Below are positions 13,670 to 26,739 of a stretch of 64,000 nt of DNA, in pieces. Position 1 is the first letter of the stretch. Each line of letters begins with the position of its first letter. The notes below the pieces were generated by a model that saw only the letters and a program-made list of their open reading frames with translations, had not been told where the DNA came from and made no database searches. The position numbers were made by a program, and so were the translations under genes. Origin of the DNA: Octopus sinensis. Taxonomy: Eukaryota. The stretch spans positions 35,216,001 through 35,280,000 of the forward strand of contig NC_043013.1 of NCBI RefSeq assembly GCF_006345805.1. The letters are read 5' to 3'.

Positions 13670-13840
13670 CTTTCTACTAAAGACACATGGCTTAGCTGAT
13701 TACATCAACTCCCAATGTTCCATTGGTACTTAATTTATCAACCCTGAAAGGATGAAAGGCAAAGTTGATCTTGGGAGATTTTGAACTCAGAACACAAAGA
13801 CAGATGAAATACTGTTTAGCATTTTGCCTGACATACTAAT
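13670..13840 (-). mobile_element. SINE family C (possible Nin/Deu-domain SINE), diverged
   Basis: GGTACTTAATTTATCAACCCTGAAAGGATGAAAGGCAAAGTTGA...TTTGAACTCAGAAC is shared with 21535, 58676, 60040 and 61857. The Nin/Deu assignment is from recollection of the motif, not an alignment. Confidence 0.7.
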
Positions 13841-14099
13841 AAAAGATAAAAGATACCTAACTAAATACCTTTAAGTTAGCAGTCAAATAGTACATGCCCA
13901 TTGCCATTTGTTTTATATGCTAATTTTAGTACACTGGGTTCTATCTAGTACATTGGTATTATAGTTACCATTGTTTCTCAAACTTTATATCTAAACAGTT
14001 TGTTGTCACTGGTATCACTAATTTTATTGTAGTGATGTAAAACAAGAAAATCGTTAAACATATCCAACATCTGCAATTTTCATTAGCTATGATCTCACC

Positions 14100-14290
14100 T
14101 TAAAGAAATAAATAGATAAAGGGGCCTGAGAGGTCGCTGACAGTTTGTACCAATTGCCATCGAGCACTCAGGAGTTCTTGGTCTCTTTGCTACCAATTGC
14201 CTCCACAAAATTAGGATAACAGCAGACCATCTGAAAAATGAGCTATGCAAGCAAGGTTGAGTGGCCACTATTACAAGTGTCACTGGTCAT
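14100..14290 (+). mobile_element. REL endonuclease tail of a CRE-like non-LTR retrotransposon
   Basis: KEINR*RGLRGR*QFVPIAIEHSGVLGLFATNCLHKI, then CAAGGTTGAGTGGCC (approximately QRLS.A). Compare the CRE-type FVPIAVET.G.WG...QRLSVA. Confidence 0.55.
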
Positions 14291-15212
14291 TCTCCACGGC
14301 AGCACCATCAGTCATGACCACAGGGCATGGTAGAGCATGCCATTTGTTCCATCTTCTGCTGCTTAACCCACCTCTATTTTTCTGCTGTTATGTTTCCTCG
14401 TAATTCAATTAATAAAAGTAGAATTAATAAAAGTAGAAATGCATGAATTTGGAAAAACAAAAACAGACTGATGCATTACTAAATGGATGATCCTACAACT
14501 GTTTTCTACTTTCGCTTTCGTTTTTGTTTGACTTACTGTTGTTATTTAATTCTGTTCATAATTGCTTCTTATAACTTTGTTACTGTTGTTAAGCACTACT
14601 TCATTCCTCACTATTATTTAACGTAACCATTACTCAAACAGATTGGTTAAATGCCTCTGTTTTTAATCTGATTTGCCTGATTGCTTGAAAGTTTCTTTGA
14701 GTATTCACCCTAATTACCAGCAATACACTGAGCCCACCACTTGCACAGCAGAAACCACAAAAGCTAAAATATCTTAATTTTGTTCTTTAAAAAAACAATG
14801 CTTATTAAATCGAAATATCTTTTATTTTATCTTCTTTCTTAATAAGCAGTTTTAGAAAGTTACACAAATGAACCACTTCCTTTATTAAAATCAAAAATCA
14901 ATCAATCAAACATAAATGCAATTAAAATATGCATTACAAAACACATAGTTACATAGCAACAATTTCAGTTACATTGCAAAATAAATTTCAGTGCTGACCA
15001 CATACTTCAAAAACAAAAATGTCAATTTTTATTCAACAATTTCATGATTAATACTGGGTCAAATATCATTCCTGATTATGTAATAAAATGGGAGGAGATT
15101 CAGATTTGTACAAAACTCTACAATTATTGCTTCAAATAAGTCATTTATTTTTTAAATGGAAAAAAAAAAAACAAATATAGTAATTGCAAGAGCAATTATA
15201 TATACATGTGTG

Positions 15213-15257
<45 letters not shown>

Positions 15258-15588
15258 GCACATACATACATGTTTATATATGTGTGTGTGTGTGTATATA
15301 AATATATGTATATATATATATATATATATATGTTCATACATATATATATATATATATATGCACACATACATATATATATACACACACACACATATATGTA
15401 TATATACATACATATATATGCATACATATATATTTATATATATACATATATAACAAGTATATTTATATATGTGTGTGTGTGTTATGTATGTGTGTGTTGT
15501 GGTGTTAAATAAAATGAGACAAGCCAAGGGTGTGTGGAATTTTCAGGACATTTAGAAAGAGAAAGTTAGTCTTACAGCTGTTTCTTCT

Positions 15589-15634
<46 letters not shown>

Positions 15635-15656
15635 CATACATACATACATATATATA

Positions 15657-15782
15657 TCACCGTGATCACCGTGAGCAACAAGGCTATCAGATGTTGCTAC
15701 ACATCGCTGGTCACAATGTGCTTCGCATTGTTTTTTTAGCCTTCAAATGACGCCACCCCGCTGGCTAAACAAGCAGGCCAAC
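15657..15782 (-). mobile_element. Extreme 3' end of an RTE-like LINE, inserted in (TA)n
   Basis: Minus strand ends ...GTGACCAGCGATGTG...CTGATAGCCTTGTTGCTCACGGTGATCACGGTGA, related to the GTCAAGGTGATCAAGGTGA tail ending at 49263 and 49719. Confidence 0.6.
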
Positions 15783-15917
15783 ATATATATATATATATAT
15801 TTATATATATCCATACATACATACATATATACATATATATATAAGAATTTTTTGTGTGTATAAGATAAAAAAAACCAAGGCTGTGTAGATTTAGAGCATT
15901 TATATATATATATATAT

Positions 15918-15973
<56 letters not shown>

Positions 15974-16037
15974 TAATATATATATATATACAATATACAT
16001 ATATATATACATATATATATTATATATATATATATAT

Positions 16038-16074
<37 letters not shown>

Positions 16075-16789
16075 TTATATAATATATATATATATATATA
16101 TATGCATGTATATTATATACATGTATATATGTATATGTGTATATGTATGTGTCCAGAATTGTTTGCTAACATTTACTCCTTATAATGTTGTTAAGTACTG
16201 GTGTTGTGGTTATTGTTATTAAAACTCAAGCCATAATTGCTGCTGCTCCTGCTGTTATTGTTTTGCTACTGCTGCTGCTGCTACAGCTTCTGTATATTAC
16301 ATGTATTATATACTGTTTTAAAATGCATCATTGGATGTGCCCTGGCATAGACTGATTCAATAATTTGAAGAGAAAAAAAAAAATGATGTGACAAAGTAAA
16401 CTAAAATTGATAAATAACCACGTTAGAGTAGATATGAGTAAATTTCTCAATAAATAAATTGAATTATTCATCATGTGTTGGAGTGAGTCACATTTTACAG
16501 GTTATATACACTCATCTGTTCAGTCACACACATAAATACAAATGCATACACACTCGTACACACATATTTGTACATGTATGCTGTTTACTAGGGTATCTAT
16601 CCCACCATGTATGTGTGTGTTGTGTGTGTGTGTGCATATGGGTGTGCATGTGAATTAGTGTATGGATGTGTGCATGTGTATGTATATATTTATAGCATAT
16701 ATCTTTACATGTATTTTATATATGCACATTTCATATATACATACATATTATATTCATACATAAATATATATTATATTCTATATATATAG

Positions 16790-16826
<37 letters not shown>

Positions 16827-17019
16827 TGCACATGCACACACACAGACACAGATATATATACTCATATATATATATATATGTGTGTGTGTGTATACATATA
16901 TGTGAATATATATATGCATATATTTATATGTATATATATATATACATTTATATATGTATACATATATATGTATGAGATATAGGTATGAATGTGTATATAC
17001 AAATGTTTATCGATTCATA

Positions 17020-17067
17020 AATAAATAGATAGATAGATAGATAGATACATAGACAGACAGACAGCCA

Positions 17068-17129
<62 letters not shown>

Positions 17130-17182
17130 GGATGGATAGATAGATAGATAGATAGATAGATGGATGGATAGATAGATGGATG

Positions 17183-17224
<42 letters not shown>

Positions 17225-17300
17225 CAAAGAGACAGATAGACAGACAGACAGACAAACACACACACAGACAAATGGATGGATGGATGAATAGATAGATAGA
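17020..17300. repeat. (GATA)n/(GACA)n tetranucleotide array
   Basis: Directly visible. Confidence 0.95.
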
Positions 17301-17673
17301 TAATTAAGTATGGATAAATTTTATGATATATAAAATTAAGTACTTGTGTACAGACACCAAACACTTACTATAACACAGAGCCATATGAAAACAGCATGAC
17401 ACAAACAAACCTACACTTTATGTCTAGCATTATTTTGCTGTATATCCCATAGACATCATTGATAAAATGTCACAGTGACTTCAAGAATGTATTGGAATGA
17501 TGGTTCCCACCATCTTCCTGAAAAAATATTGTTTAAAGAAAGACAATGAGGCAGTTATAACATATTAGTTTTTTTTTGTTTTTAAAGTGCCACAATTTAA
17601 GCATGTGTATGTGTGTGTATATATATATGTGTGTGTGTATGTGTACATATATATATACATATATAAGTATGTT

Positions 17674-17705
<32 letters not shown>

Positions 17706-17934
17706 CATATATGTGTGTGTGTGTTTATAGATATATATTCAAACATACTTATACATATATACATGCATACAAACATACATATATATTTATGTATACATAC
17801 CTAATATATGTATATATATATATATTTATATGTATATATATATATGTATATGGTATATATATATGTATATACATATATACATACATACTTACACACACAC
17901 ATATATTTATATACATATATTAATATTATTTATA

Positions 17935-17987
<53 letters not shown>

Positions 17988-18001
17988 ATATATATATATA
18001 T

Positions 18002-18032
<31 letters not shown>

Positions 18033-18333
18033 ATATAATATATATGTAATGTATATATATATATATGTATTATGTATGTATGTATATATAATATAACATA
18101 TATATATATAATTAAGTAGAAGTGCATTTGAATTTAACAAAAGGAGGAAAAGAGGACATCAAGTTAGATGAATTATGTATGTAGATATATTTTTCATGCT
18201 GGAAACTTTAACTGGCTTACTTACTGAATAGTAATTGAGTTTAATACAAAACTCAAGTACTTCATTAACTACTCCTTGTTAGAGTTTTCAGATCCTGTAT
18301 ATGCATAGAAAATGAGGGAGAGAGAGAGAGAGA

Positions 18334-18384
<51 letters not shown>

Positions 18385-18386
18385 AG

Positions 18387-18435
<49 letters not shown>

Positions 18436-18564
18436 TTGCAATCAGTAGGGCAAGAGTTAACAATAAGTTTGCTGATGAATTTAGCATAAAGGTAGGGAGC
18501 CATCACTGCTCAGTCCTTGCTCTTCTGTTTATTTACAAACATCTGGGCCATATCAGCAGTGTTG

Positions 18565-18670
18565 AACACTGGTTGTCTAAGTGAACTTATTTATGTTTTG
18601 ACTTCTGTTCTTAACTCTAGCAGAATCTGTGGAAGATTTAATGAAGAAATTCCAAATATGGCTCATCATC
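18565..18670 (+). mobile_element. RTE RT core relic (YADD region decayed)
   Basis: GCLSELIY.../AESVEDLMKKFQIW resembles RTE GCPWELLYADDLVLIAES.E.L..KF..WK. Confidence 0.5.
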
Positions 18671-18848
18671 TGCTGGGTGGTAATACCAAAAAGTTTGTGG
18701 TAATTTTTCACCTGGCATTCCATTCAGAAAGCCCTGTTGGTTGCAGTTTGCTCATCACTGCTGTATTGTAATTTTCGGTGCCAAAAACATGGCAAAAGGC
18801 AAGAGTCTTTTGTAGTCAGAGAAATGGTTCTGTACTCAGTATGCAGAA

Positions 18849-19155
18849 GAGGAGACACATGGCCTAGTGGTTAGAGCAGTGGACTTGCAGTCGAGGGATC
18901 ACGGGTTCGAATCTCAGACCGGGCGATGTGTGTGTTTATGAGCGAAACACCCAAGCTCCACGCGGCTCTGGCGGAAGGTAATGACAAACTTCTGCTATCT
19001 GTTTTGCAACAACTTTCTCTCACTCTTTCCTCCTGCATCTAGCAGCTCACCTGTGATGGACAGGCGTCCCGTCCAGGTGGGGAACCTATGCACCAAGGAA
19101 ACCAGGAAACCGACTTTTATGAGCCAGGTGTGGCTCGAGAAGGAACAAACAACAA
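18849..19155 (+). mobile_element. tRNA-derived SINE, family D, with 12-bp TSD
   Basis: A box TGGCCTAGTGG, B box GGTTCGAATC and an (AAC)n tail. Direct repeat CAGTATGCAGAA at 18837-18848 and 19156-19167. Confidence 0.9.
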
Positions 19156-19399
19156 CAGTATGCAGAAAGTGAGTAGGAAGAAACCACACACAGAGCCCAT
19201 TGTGTAAACAATGGTTGCACACTAGTTTTAATGAGATCACATACAGCTTAATTGCAAAGGTAGCCTTCATATGTGACAGATGCACAAGAGAGTTAAGCAC
19301 AAAAACTAACTAGTAAATATATGTTTTTCACCTGCCTGGAAGGCTCCCTAGACATTTTTGTTATCTAGAAGGCAGCAGCAAGTTGGTGGAATCATTATA

Positions 19400-19953
19400 T
19401 TGGGTTGTCCGGAAAGTTCGTACTTATTTTTAAAGGAAAGAAAAAGGTCAATAAATACTTGCCATTACATTTTTAATCAACCAAATACGAACCATTTTGT
19501 TGCACAATGCGTCTCCATCTTCCTTTTAGCTTGAAAATACCCTCTTCCCAGAATTGAGGTGGTTTCATGGCAAAGAATTCATCAAGGTATCTTTTTATGT
19601 CATCCAAGGAATTGAAATTTTTACCATTAAGACTATTCTGCAGAGACCTGAATAAGTGGAAATCCAAAGGAGCAATATCTGGTGAATATGGAGGGTGGGG
19701 GAACACATCCCAACCGAGCTGCAGCAATTTTTGTCTGGTTCCAAAGCATCACGTGCCGAAAATGAACTTTCTTATCTTCCATTTTAAAGGGTTACAGAAT
19801 TAACACAGGTCATAGGAACATAAATCTTCCTCCATGAACAGATAGCTTAAACTGTGCTCTAAATGGAGGTATTTTATGGACTCGACCATGTTCTAAAATA
19901 AGTCGAAAGGGAAGCTACTATAAATCGGCATGAACTTTCCGGACAACCGAAAA
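19400..19953 (-). mobile_element. Internally deleted mariner (Tc1/mariner) transposon
   Basis: TIRs TTGGGTTGTCCGGAAAGTTC / GAACTTTCCGGACAACC with TA flanks. Minus strand MEDKKVHFRHVMLW (ATG 19782) is joined out of frame to LQLGWDVFPHPPYSPDIAPLDFHLFRSLQNSL...RWRRIVQQNGSY, the mariner YSPDLAP.D motif. Confidence 0.95.
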
Positions 19954-20009
19954 TATACCAGAGAAGTCTAGTGCAGCATTTCAGTCATCTTCATGTTCTG
20001 AGTTCAAAT

Positions 20010-20452
20010 TGTGTTTTGGCGAGAGTCATTGACACCCCTGGGGGATTGGAAGAGTGGACTAGCTGAAATCTTATAAATGAGTAGTGACAAGATGTCAGTA
20101 GAGGTTGGTAGGAGTCAGTGTGTTAGTTCCCCATTGAATTCGCATCGAAGCTGGTGTGTTAGTGTGAACTGAACTCACACCAAACCCGTAAGTTACCATA
20201 ATAGTAGTTGTTCGAATTACTGTGTGTTGGCCCCCGTCGCTAGAATATGGTAGGGTTTCGATTACCCTGTCCCCACGGATGCAGCTATGCAGTGTTAACC
20301 AACTAAATAGAGATGTCTTCTTGGGTTATAAAAGTGCACCAAAGTCCGTTCTAGAGAAAAACGAGAGTGCTTAGCACAATGATAAACAAGAGTGCTGTGT
20401 GCAAAGAATCATACTACTTAAGAGTCCAAACAAACATTATAACATTACAACA
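20010..20452 (+). mobile_element. Possible solo LTR
   Basis: About 440 bp of unique, microsatellite-free sequence starting TGT and ending ACA, with TATAAAA near 20327. It interrupts a family C SINE. No convincing TSD. Confidence 0.35.
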
Positions 20453-20517
20453 TCTGGTAATGAGATGACAAGGATATAAAAGATGTGATGAAAGAAAAAT
20501 AAATAAATAAAAATGTC

Positions 20518-20703
20518 GGTGGCACGTAAAAAGCACCCACTACACTCACGGAGTGGTTGGCGTTAGGAAGGGCATCCAGCTGTAGAAACACTGCCAGATC
20601 AAACTGGAGCCTGTTGCAGCCTCCTGGCTTCCCAGACCACGGTCGAACCGTCCAACCCATGCTAGCATGGAAAACGGACGTTAAACGATGATGATGATGA
20701 TGA
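20518..20703 (+). mobile_element. SINE-like family B
   Basis: GGTGGCACGTAAAAAGCACCCACTACAC...GGACGTTAAACGATGATGATG. Confidence 0.9.
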
Positions 20704-21481
20704 TAAGATTGACTTCCATTGGAAGTTAATATTATTATTTTTATTTATTTGACTTTTACTTTCATCCCTTTCAGAGTTGATAAGATATGTACCAGCAAAA
20801 CACCAGGGTTGATGTGAATGACTCAACTCGCCCTTAAAATTGCTGGCCTTGTGCCAAAATTTGAAACCAATGTTTTTGTTATTTTGGTGATCTAAACAGA
20901 AGCAAGCATGAGTATTCTGAAATTGTAGTAACCAAAGTCTGAACAGAGTGTAGAAGGTCAAGGAATTACTCTGTCTGTCTGTCTGTCTCTGTCTCTGTCT
21001 CATTCTCTCACCTGGCCACAAAGCACCCTTCCTTTTCAGTGAAGGGCACATCCTATGATGCTTGAGTATGAAGTGTGGAGTTCCATGGTAGAGAAACCTA
21101 GTCTCTGTAGGCAGAGGATTTTCAAAGGCAAGAGAGAAATGAGGCAAGCATGTTTGACTGGACACGTGATGTCGTTGTGCATCAATGATACAATATAAAT
21201 GCACAAAATACCAAAAGAGAAAACTTCTGCCTAAGAGGAACTGGATGCATTTTGCAAGAGAGAAGATAGCATTGTACAAGCATGTGATGCACATGGTTGG
21301 CAACAGCTGCATTAAAAGGTCCTAAGTACTTAAAGCGAATGGTACCTAGAAGGACATCACACACTCACACACATACACTCACACACACACATACACTCAC
21401 ACAACAGACAACATACAACACATACACACATACACACACACAAGCAAGTGTATATACATATACATATATATACACACACAC

Positions 21482-21521
<40 letters not shown>

Positions 21522-21534
21522 ACAGAAGACTGCT

Positions 21535-21750
21535 CTTATTATCCTTTTCTACACAAGGTCCGAAATTTTGGCAGGAGGGATGCCAGTTGATTATAACGCC
21601 CCCAGTACTGGTACTTAATTTATAGACCCCAAAAGGAGGAATGGCAAAGTTGACATCGGTGGAATTTAAACTCAGAACATAAAGTCAGACGAAATACCGC
21701 TAAGCATTTCGCCCAGCATACTAACGATTCTGCCAGTTCCCCACCTTAGA
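21535..21750 (-). mobile_element. SINE family C
   Basis: GTACTTAATTTATAGACCCCAAAAGG...CTCAGAAC...GAAATACCGCTAAGCATTTCGCCCAGCATACTAACGATTCTGCCAG. Confidence 0.8.
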
Positions 21751-22319
21751 AGAATGCTCTTATTATCACACCTGTAATGAGCATCAATATGCCACAAACC
21801 CAACAACATCTTTGTCATCATCCCGAACATCATTTTACTATTGTCTGTTAACAGCACCGACTACCTGTACTTTGGTAATCAACTACAGCCACTCTTAACA
21901 TCACAAGAGCAGAGAAACAACGTTTTTACTAACAAGACTTTCACAATTACAACCTCATCAATGCCAGCATTTTCATCCTCCGTCTCATTCCCCAATTACC
22001 AAAGCACTGTCCCTTTCAGATATTTAATAAATAGATTTTTCTCACATGTCTATTCATCTACACGAGAGACAATACATACCCCCAAAATTTCCGTTTTTTT
22101 TTTTTTATCTTTTTGATTCCTAGTCTTTTTCGATTAACACTTCAAATTACTTTCTTTATTTAATTTTATTTTTTGTTCATTTTTCATTTTTTTTTTTTGT
22201 TATGTTCTGTTTGTTCTTTTTTTTTTTTACATTACTTTATCATCACATTTTCCTTCACCTACCCTTTCTCCTCTTCTACCTCTCTCTCTCTTCACCGTTT
22301 TCTTCTTAGCCTGCCTGTT

Positions 22320-22480
22320 TAACCCCCACCCTCGCCGCCCCACCTTCCCCCCGTTAGTCTCTTTGTTGAGTTGAAGAAGCAAAAGTCAACACACAAGTTC
22401 AACAGTCAATACTAACTTATTGGCTCCGGAACTTTTCTATCGGACACTAAAGCAATAAAGCTGGACTTTATTTGATGATC
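22320..22480. promoter_or_regulatory. Candidate promoter-like island
   Basis: GC box CCGCCCC (22335), inverted CCAAT box ATTGG (22419) and ETS core CCGGAA (22426) within 100 bp of unique sequence. Motif co-occurrence only. Confidence 0.25.
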
Positions 22481-22750
22481 TGACGAGTGTAAAGAACGTC
22501 TGTCAACTAGAAGGCAATGGATATTCTTTCTGTGCTGTAGAATTATGGACTGCCTGCTGCACATGTTAAAGCAAAGAGAGAAGAATTGAATTCCCTGAGG
22601 ATTTCTGTCAGAGCTTTCCGATTTTATTGATGCAAACTGTGTTGTATCTTCAGGGAAAATTAACAGTCTTTTCTATATGTTACAACCAAATCCACGTTTT
22701 TATTATTATTCCTACGACTACCACTGCTACTGCCACTACTACTGCTGCTG

Positions 22751-22812
<62 letters not shown>

Positions 22813-22838
22813 GATAATAATAATAATAATAAAATGAT

Positions 22839-22882
<44 letters not shown>

Positions 22883-23059
22883 AATGATTTCATTTATTTG
22901 CCACCAGGGCGAAGGATGAGGGGAACAATTCAAAGACAGACATAAAGTGTGTGTATGGGGGGGATTACATATAATGATAAAATAGTTACAAAAAAAATAA
23001 TAGCAACAGTAATAATAACAACATCAGCAATAATGATAATAATAATAATAATAATAATG

Positions 23060-23115
<56 letters not shown>

Positions 23116-23117
23116 CT

Positions 23118-23300
23118 GGCGCAGGAGTGGCTGTGTAGTAAGTAGCTTGCTTACCAACCACATGGTTCCGGGTTCAGTCCTACTGTGTGGCACCTTGGGC
23201 AAGTGGTTTCTACTATAGCCTTGGGCTGACCAAAGCCCTGTGAGTGGATTTGGTAGACGGAAACTGAAAGAAGCCCATCGTATATATATATACATATACA

Positions 23301-23340
<40 letters not shown>

Positions 23341-23553
23341 TGTGTTTGTGTGTTTGTGTTTGTCCCCCCCAACATTGCTTGACAACCGATGCTGGTGTGC
23401 CTACGTCCTCGTCACTTAGCGGTTTGGCAAGAGAGGCCGATAGAATAAGTATTAGGCTTCCAAAGAATAAGTCCTGGGGTCGATTTGCTCGACTAGATGC
23501 GGTACTCCAGCATGGTCGCAGTCAAGTGACTGAAACAAATAAAAGAAAGAAAG
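23118..23553 (+). mobile_element. Full-length SINE family A
   Basis: GGCGCAGGAGTGGCTGTGTAGTAAG...GACTGAAACAAATAAAAG. Confidence 0.9.
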
Positions 23554-24353
23554 AAAAAAATAATAATCATAGTAATGCGAACAGCAACAGTAACAACAAC
23601 ATACAAACAGCTCTGTAATTATTGTCACCATCAGTGCCATTAAAATCTTCATCAGTGTCATCATCGTCATTGTTGTCGGCATCGACATCGTCATCGTCAT
23701 TATCCTCATTATCATAATTACTATCTACGTCATGAACTTCAGTGGTGATATCGCTGCTTATAGTATTATCTTGTTATAAATCTTGTTATAAATCATTATT
23801 AAAAAAATCTAAATCTTAGGAATTCACTTCCTTATCATCATTATTTTCACCATCACCACCATCACCACCATCACCACTACCACCACCACCACCATGGCTG
23901 TTGTTGCTGCCAGTGCAACACTACCACCACCACCACCCACTAATACTACTACCTCCACCATTATCACCATTATACACTAACATTCCAATAATCTCGGTGT
24001 ACATTACCATTATAATCTTCATCTCTATCCTATAAAATTCTACCACTACAGTCATAATCATTTGCGCATCATTATAACCATTAACATCAGCACTCTCATT
24101 TTAATTAACATTTTCATGGTAATTACCACCACCAACACCGCCACCACCACTACCTTTGTTACTGTCATCATAATCATTCTAATCATCATCATAGGTTATG
24201 CTACACTACCACCACCAATACCGCCACCACTACCTTTGTTACTGTCATCATAATCATTCTAATCATCATCATAGGTTATGCTACACTTACCATTATCAAT
24301 ACCATCTTCAGCATCATCAGTTCCAGCATTTATTTTCCTCGTGCTAAGCAAGG

Positions 24354-24396
24354 ATGAAACAGTTCCTGCTGCTATACACAAGCATGCTTACCAGAC
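24354..24396 (+). other. Candidate first coding exon MKQFLLLYTSMLTR with phase-1 donor
   Basis: AGG-ATG start context, short hydrophobic signal-like peptide, consensus donor GTAAGT at 24397. Confidence 0.2.
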
Positions 24397-26075
24397 GTAA
24401 GTTCTTGTATGCCGTCAGCTAGACAGTTATCCATCATGTCTGAGAAATGTAATATCATTGTTGCCTCTGACCATTTGACATCTTAGTAAACTTTGTTGCT
24501 ATATGAATAGCGGTGGGGGTGTATGTAATAGACATGCCTTTGCTTGTCATCCAACATCGCTACTGCCATAGAATGGAACAAATATCTCAACGGCATAGTC
24601 ACATGGATGTTCGTAGCAGAATATAGGATGTTGGAGTTTCAGGGAGGGAAACCAAGAATGATTCTATCATGATAGCTAAATTAAATAATTGGAATTAGGA
24701 AACAAAAGTACTGCGAAACATAAATGACATAAACAAGATTTTATTTCGGTTTCGAAAGCATTGATCTGATAAGAAGCGATGGAGGATATTACATATCAGA
24801 TTTTCCTCTTTCTTTTAATTTTTTTCTTCTTTTACTGTTTCCTTTCTCTAATTCTTGATTTCTTTTCTAACAAGTCAGTTGAAGCTACTTCACAGACATA
24901 CAACATCCTTCCACAACCAATTTTCTAGTATCATTAAAATGAAAATTACATGTCATAGACTAAAGTCTTAGGGATAACATTCTTGTATTAAAAAACAAAA
25001 TAAGGATGGTCCTTCTTAGAAGATTATCACATATATTGTTCGCCAATGTTAGGGATTAAATTATCCAGCAAATCAAACTGCTTGCATGAATTCTTATTTA
25101 TTTTTTTTATTTACTCATTTATATATATTTTACTGTTATACTTGTGTTCTTGCCTCTAACCATTCATTAGTTATTGTGAATCAAACTCTTTTCTTAATGT
25201 ATTTAAAGCATAGCTACTGTTACATTGAACATTATGATCTTCATAGAAAATAATAAGACTGTTGATCGTTGTAATTATGTTTATTGCACAGCATCAGCAG
25301 TGTGGTGGATGTATATTGTGAGTAAGATGTTAACACACTTGTACACCACTCATACTTTTCCTGCATTTTCTGCATAGTTTGCAAACATATTATGCTGTCA
25401 CTTAAACATGGCATTTCATGTACCTAACTACAATGTTTAACACTTCCCATGTCAATAACCATAGTATTCTTCTGCATTACTTAAAACTGCCATATAGCTA
25501 GAAACCAGAGATGAAGATATTATCTCCATTTTAAGCAACTAGCTAACCTCTGCTTCAAAGTCTTTCATACGGACATTCATAGTAACAGAGATTATATATA
25601 ATAGGTTTGCTATGATTCACTATCATCATCACTTCTTTCTCCAACATATCCAAATAAGTGTCGTAGCTTTTTGGCCTGTATGTTTGCTTGACAGATGACT
25701 TAACTGAGCGTCTACTCTGTTACCTCAAAAACTACTGAAGCTAAGAAGTTCAAATTCTGAGTTAAAGTTAACCAGAACAAATGCTTTAATAATTTGGCTT
25801 ATATTTTCCTAAATCTTATTTTGTTAGTGAGTGAGTAACTTAGATATTAAATACATATGCGAACCGAACTTTATTCAGCATGCTCTATGTTGGCCAAACT
25901 ATTGGTTTACAAAAATAGAAAATCAGCTGCATTGAAGTCAGGTTACGATAGAAATATTTCTTCAGAAGTTATCATTTATATAGTAGTAATACAAGCTACA
26001 TTCAAATACTCTGTGTGTATCTAGGGAAACCTCGTTCTATCTTCATTCCTTACTTGTACACGTGATTAATGTAAT

Positions 26076-26490
26076 TACTCTTTACTCTCTTTACTCTTTT
26101 ACTTGTTTCAGTCATTTGACTGCGGCCATGCTGGAGCACCGCCTTTAGTCGAGCAAATCGACCCCGGGACTTATTCTTTGTAAGCCCAGTACTTATTCTA
26201 TCGGTCTCTTTTTGCCGAACCGCTAAGTGACGGGGACGTAAACACACCAGCATCGGTTGTCAAGCAATGCTAGGGGGACAAACACAGACACACAAACACA
26301 CACACATATATATATATATATACATATATACGACAGGCTTCTTTCAGTTTCTGTCTACCAAATCCACTCACAAGGCATTGGTCAGCCTGGGGCTATAGCA
26401 GAAGACACTTGCCCAAGATGCCATGCAGTGGGACTGAACCCGGAACCATGTGGTTGGTTAGCAAGCTACTTACCACACAGCCACTACTGC
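26076..26490 (-). mobile_element. Full-length SINE family A
   Basis: Near-identical to 2121-2552. Confidence 0.9.
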
Positions 26491-26588
26491 ATCTTAATTA
26501 TAAAATTATAAAATAAAATTAATTATAAAATAAAATGGAGAAGTCATATATCTAGTGCAGCTCCCTCTCTCTCTCTCATCCTCTCACC

Positions 26589-26629
<41 letters not shown>

Positions 26630-26739
26630 TGTTCAATGGGGCTGGAGTTATCCCAGGTTATTAGTCTCAGGAGCTTCATCGTACACAAAGCCAACCAGGT
26701 CCATCAGTGTTCCTATATTGCTAGTTGTCCTGTGCCAGC

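Noticed and set aside
18621-18680. Apparent exon after TTAACTCTAG (AESVEDLMKKFQIW)
   Set aside because: Better explained as an RTE reverse transcriptase relic.
18849-18925. tRNA-like sequence
   Set aside because: It is the head of a TSD-flanked SINE; I could not fold a proper acceptor stem.
20950-21340. KYLGPF...HVS, possible Gypsy integrase GPY/F tail on the minus strand
   Set aside because: Motifs are too short and lie in different frames; not supportable without a search.
22470-22510. TGATGA/CTGA (C/D snoRNA-like) and CTGACGA
   Set aside because: The boxes are adjacent with no guide spacing or terminal stem, and there is no GAAA partner for a hammerhead.
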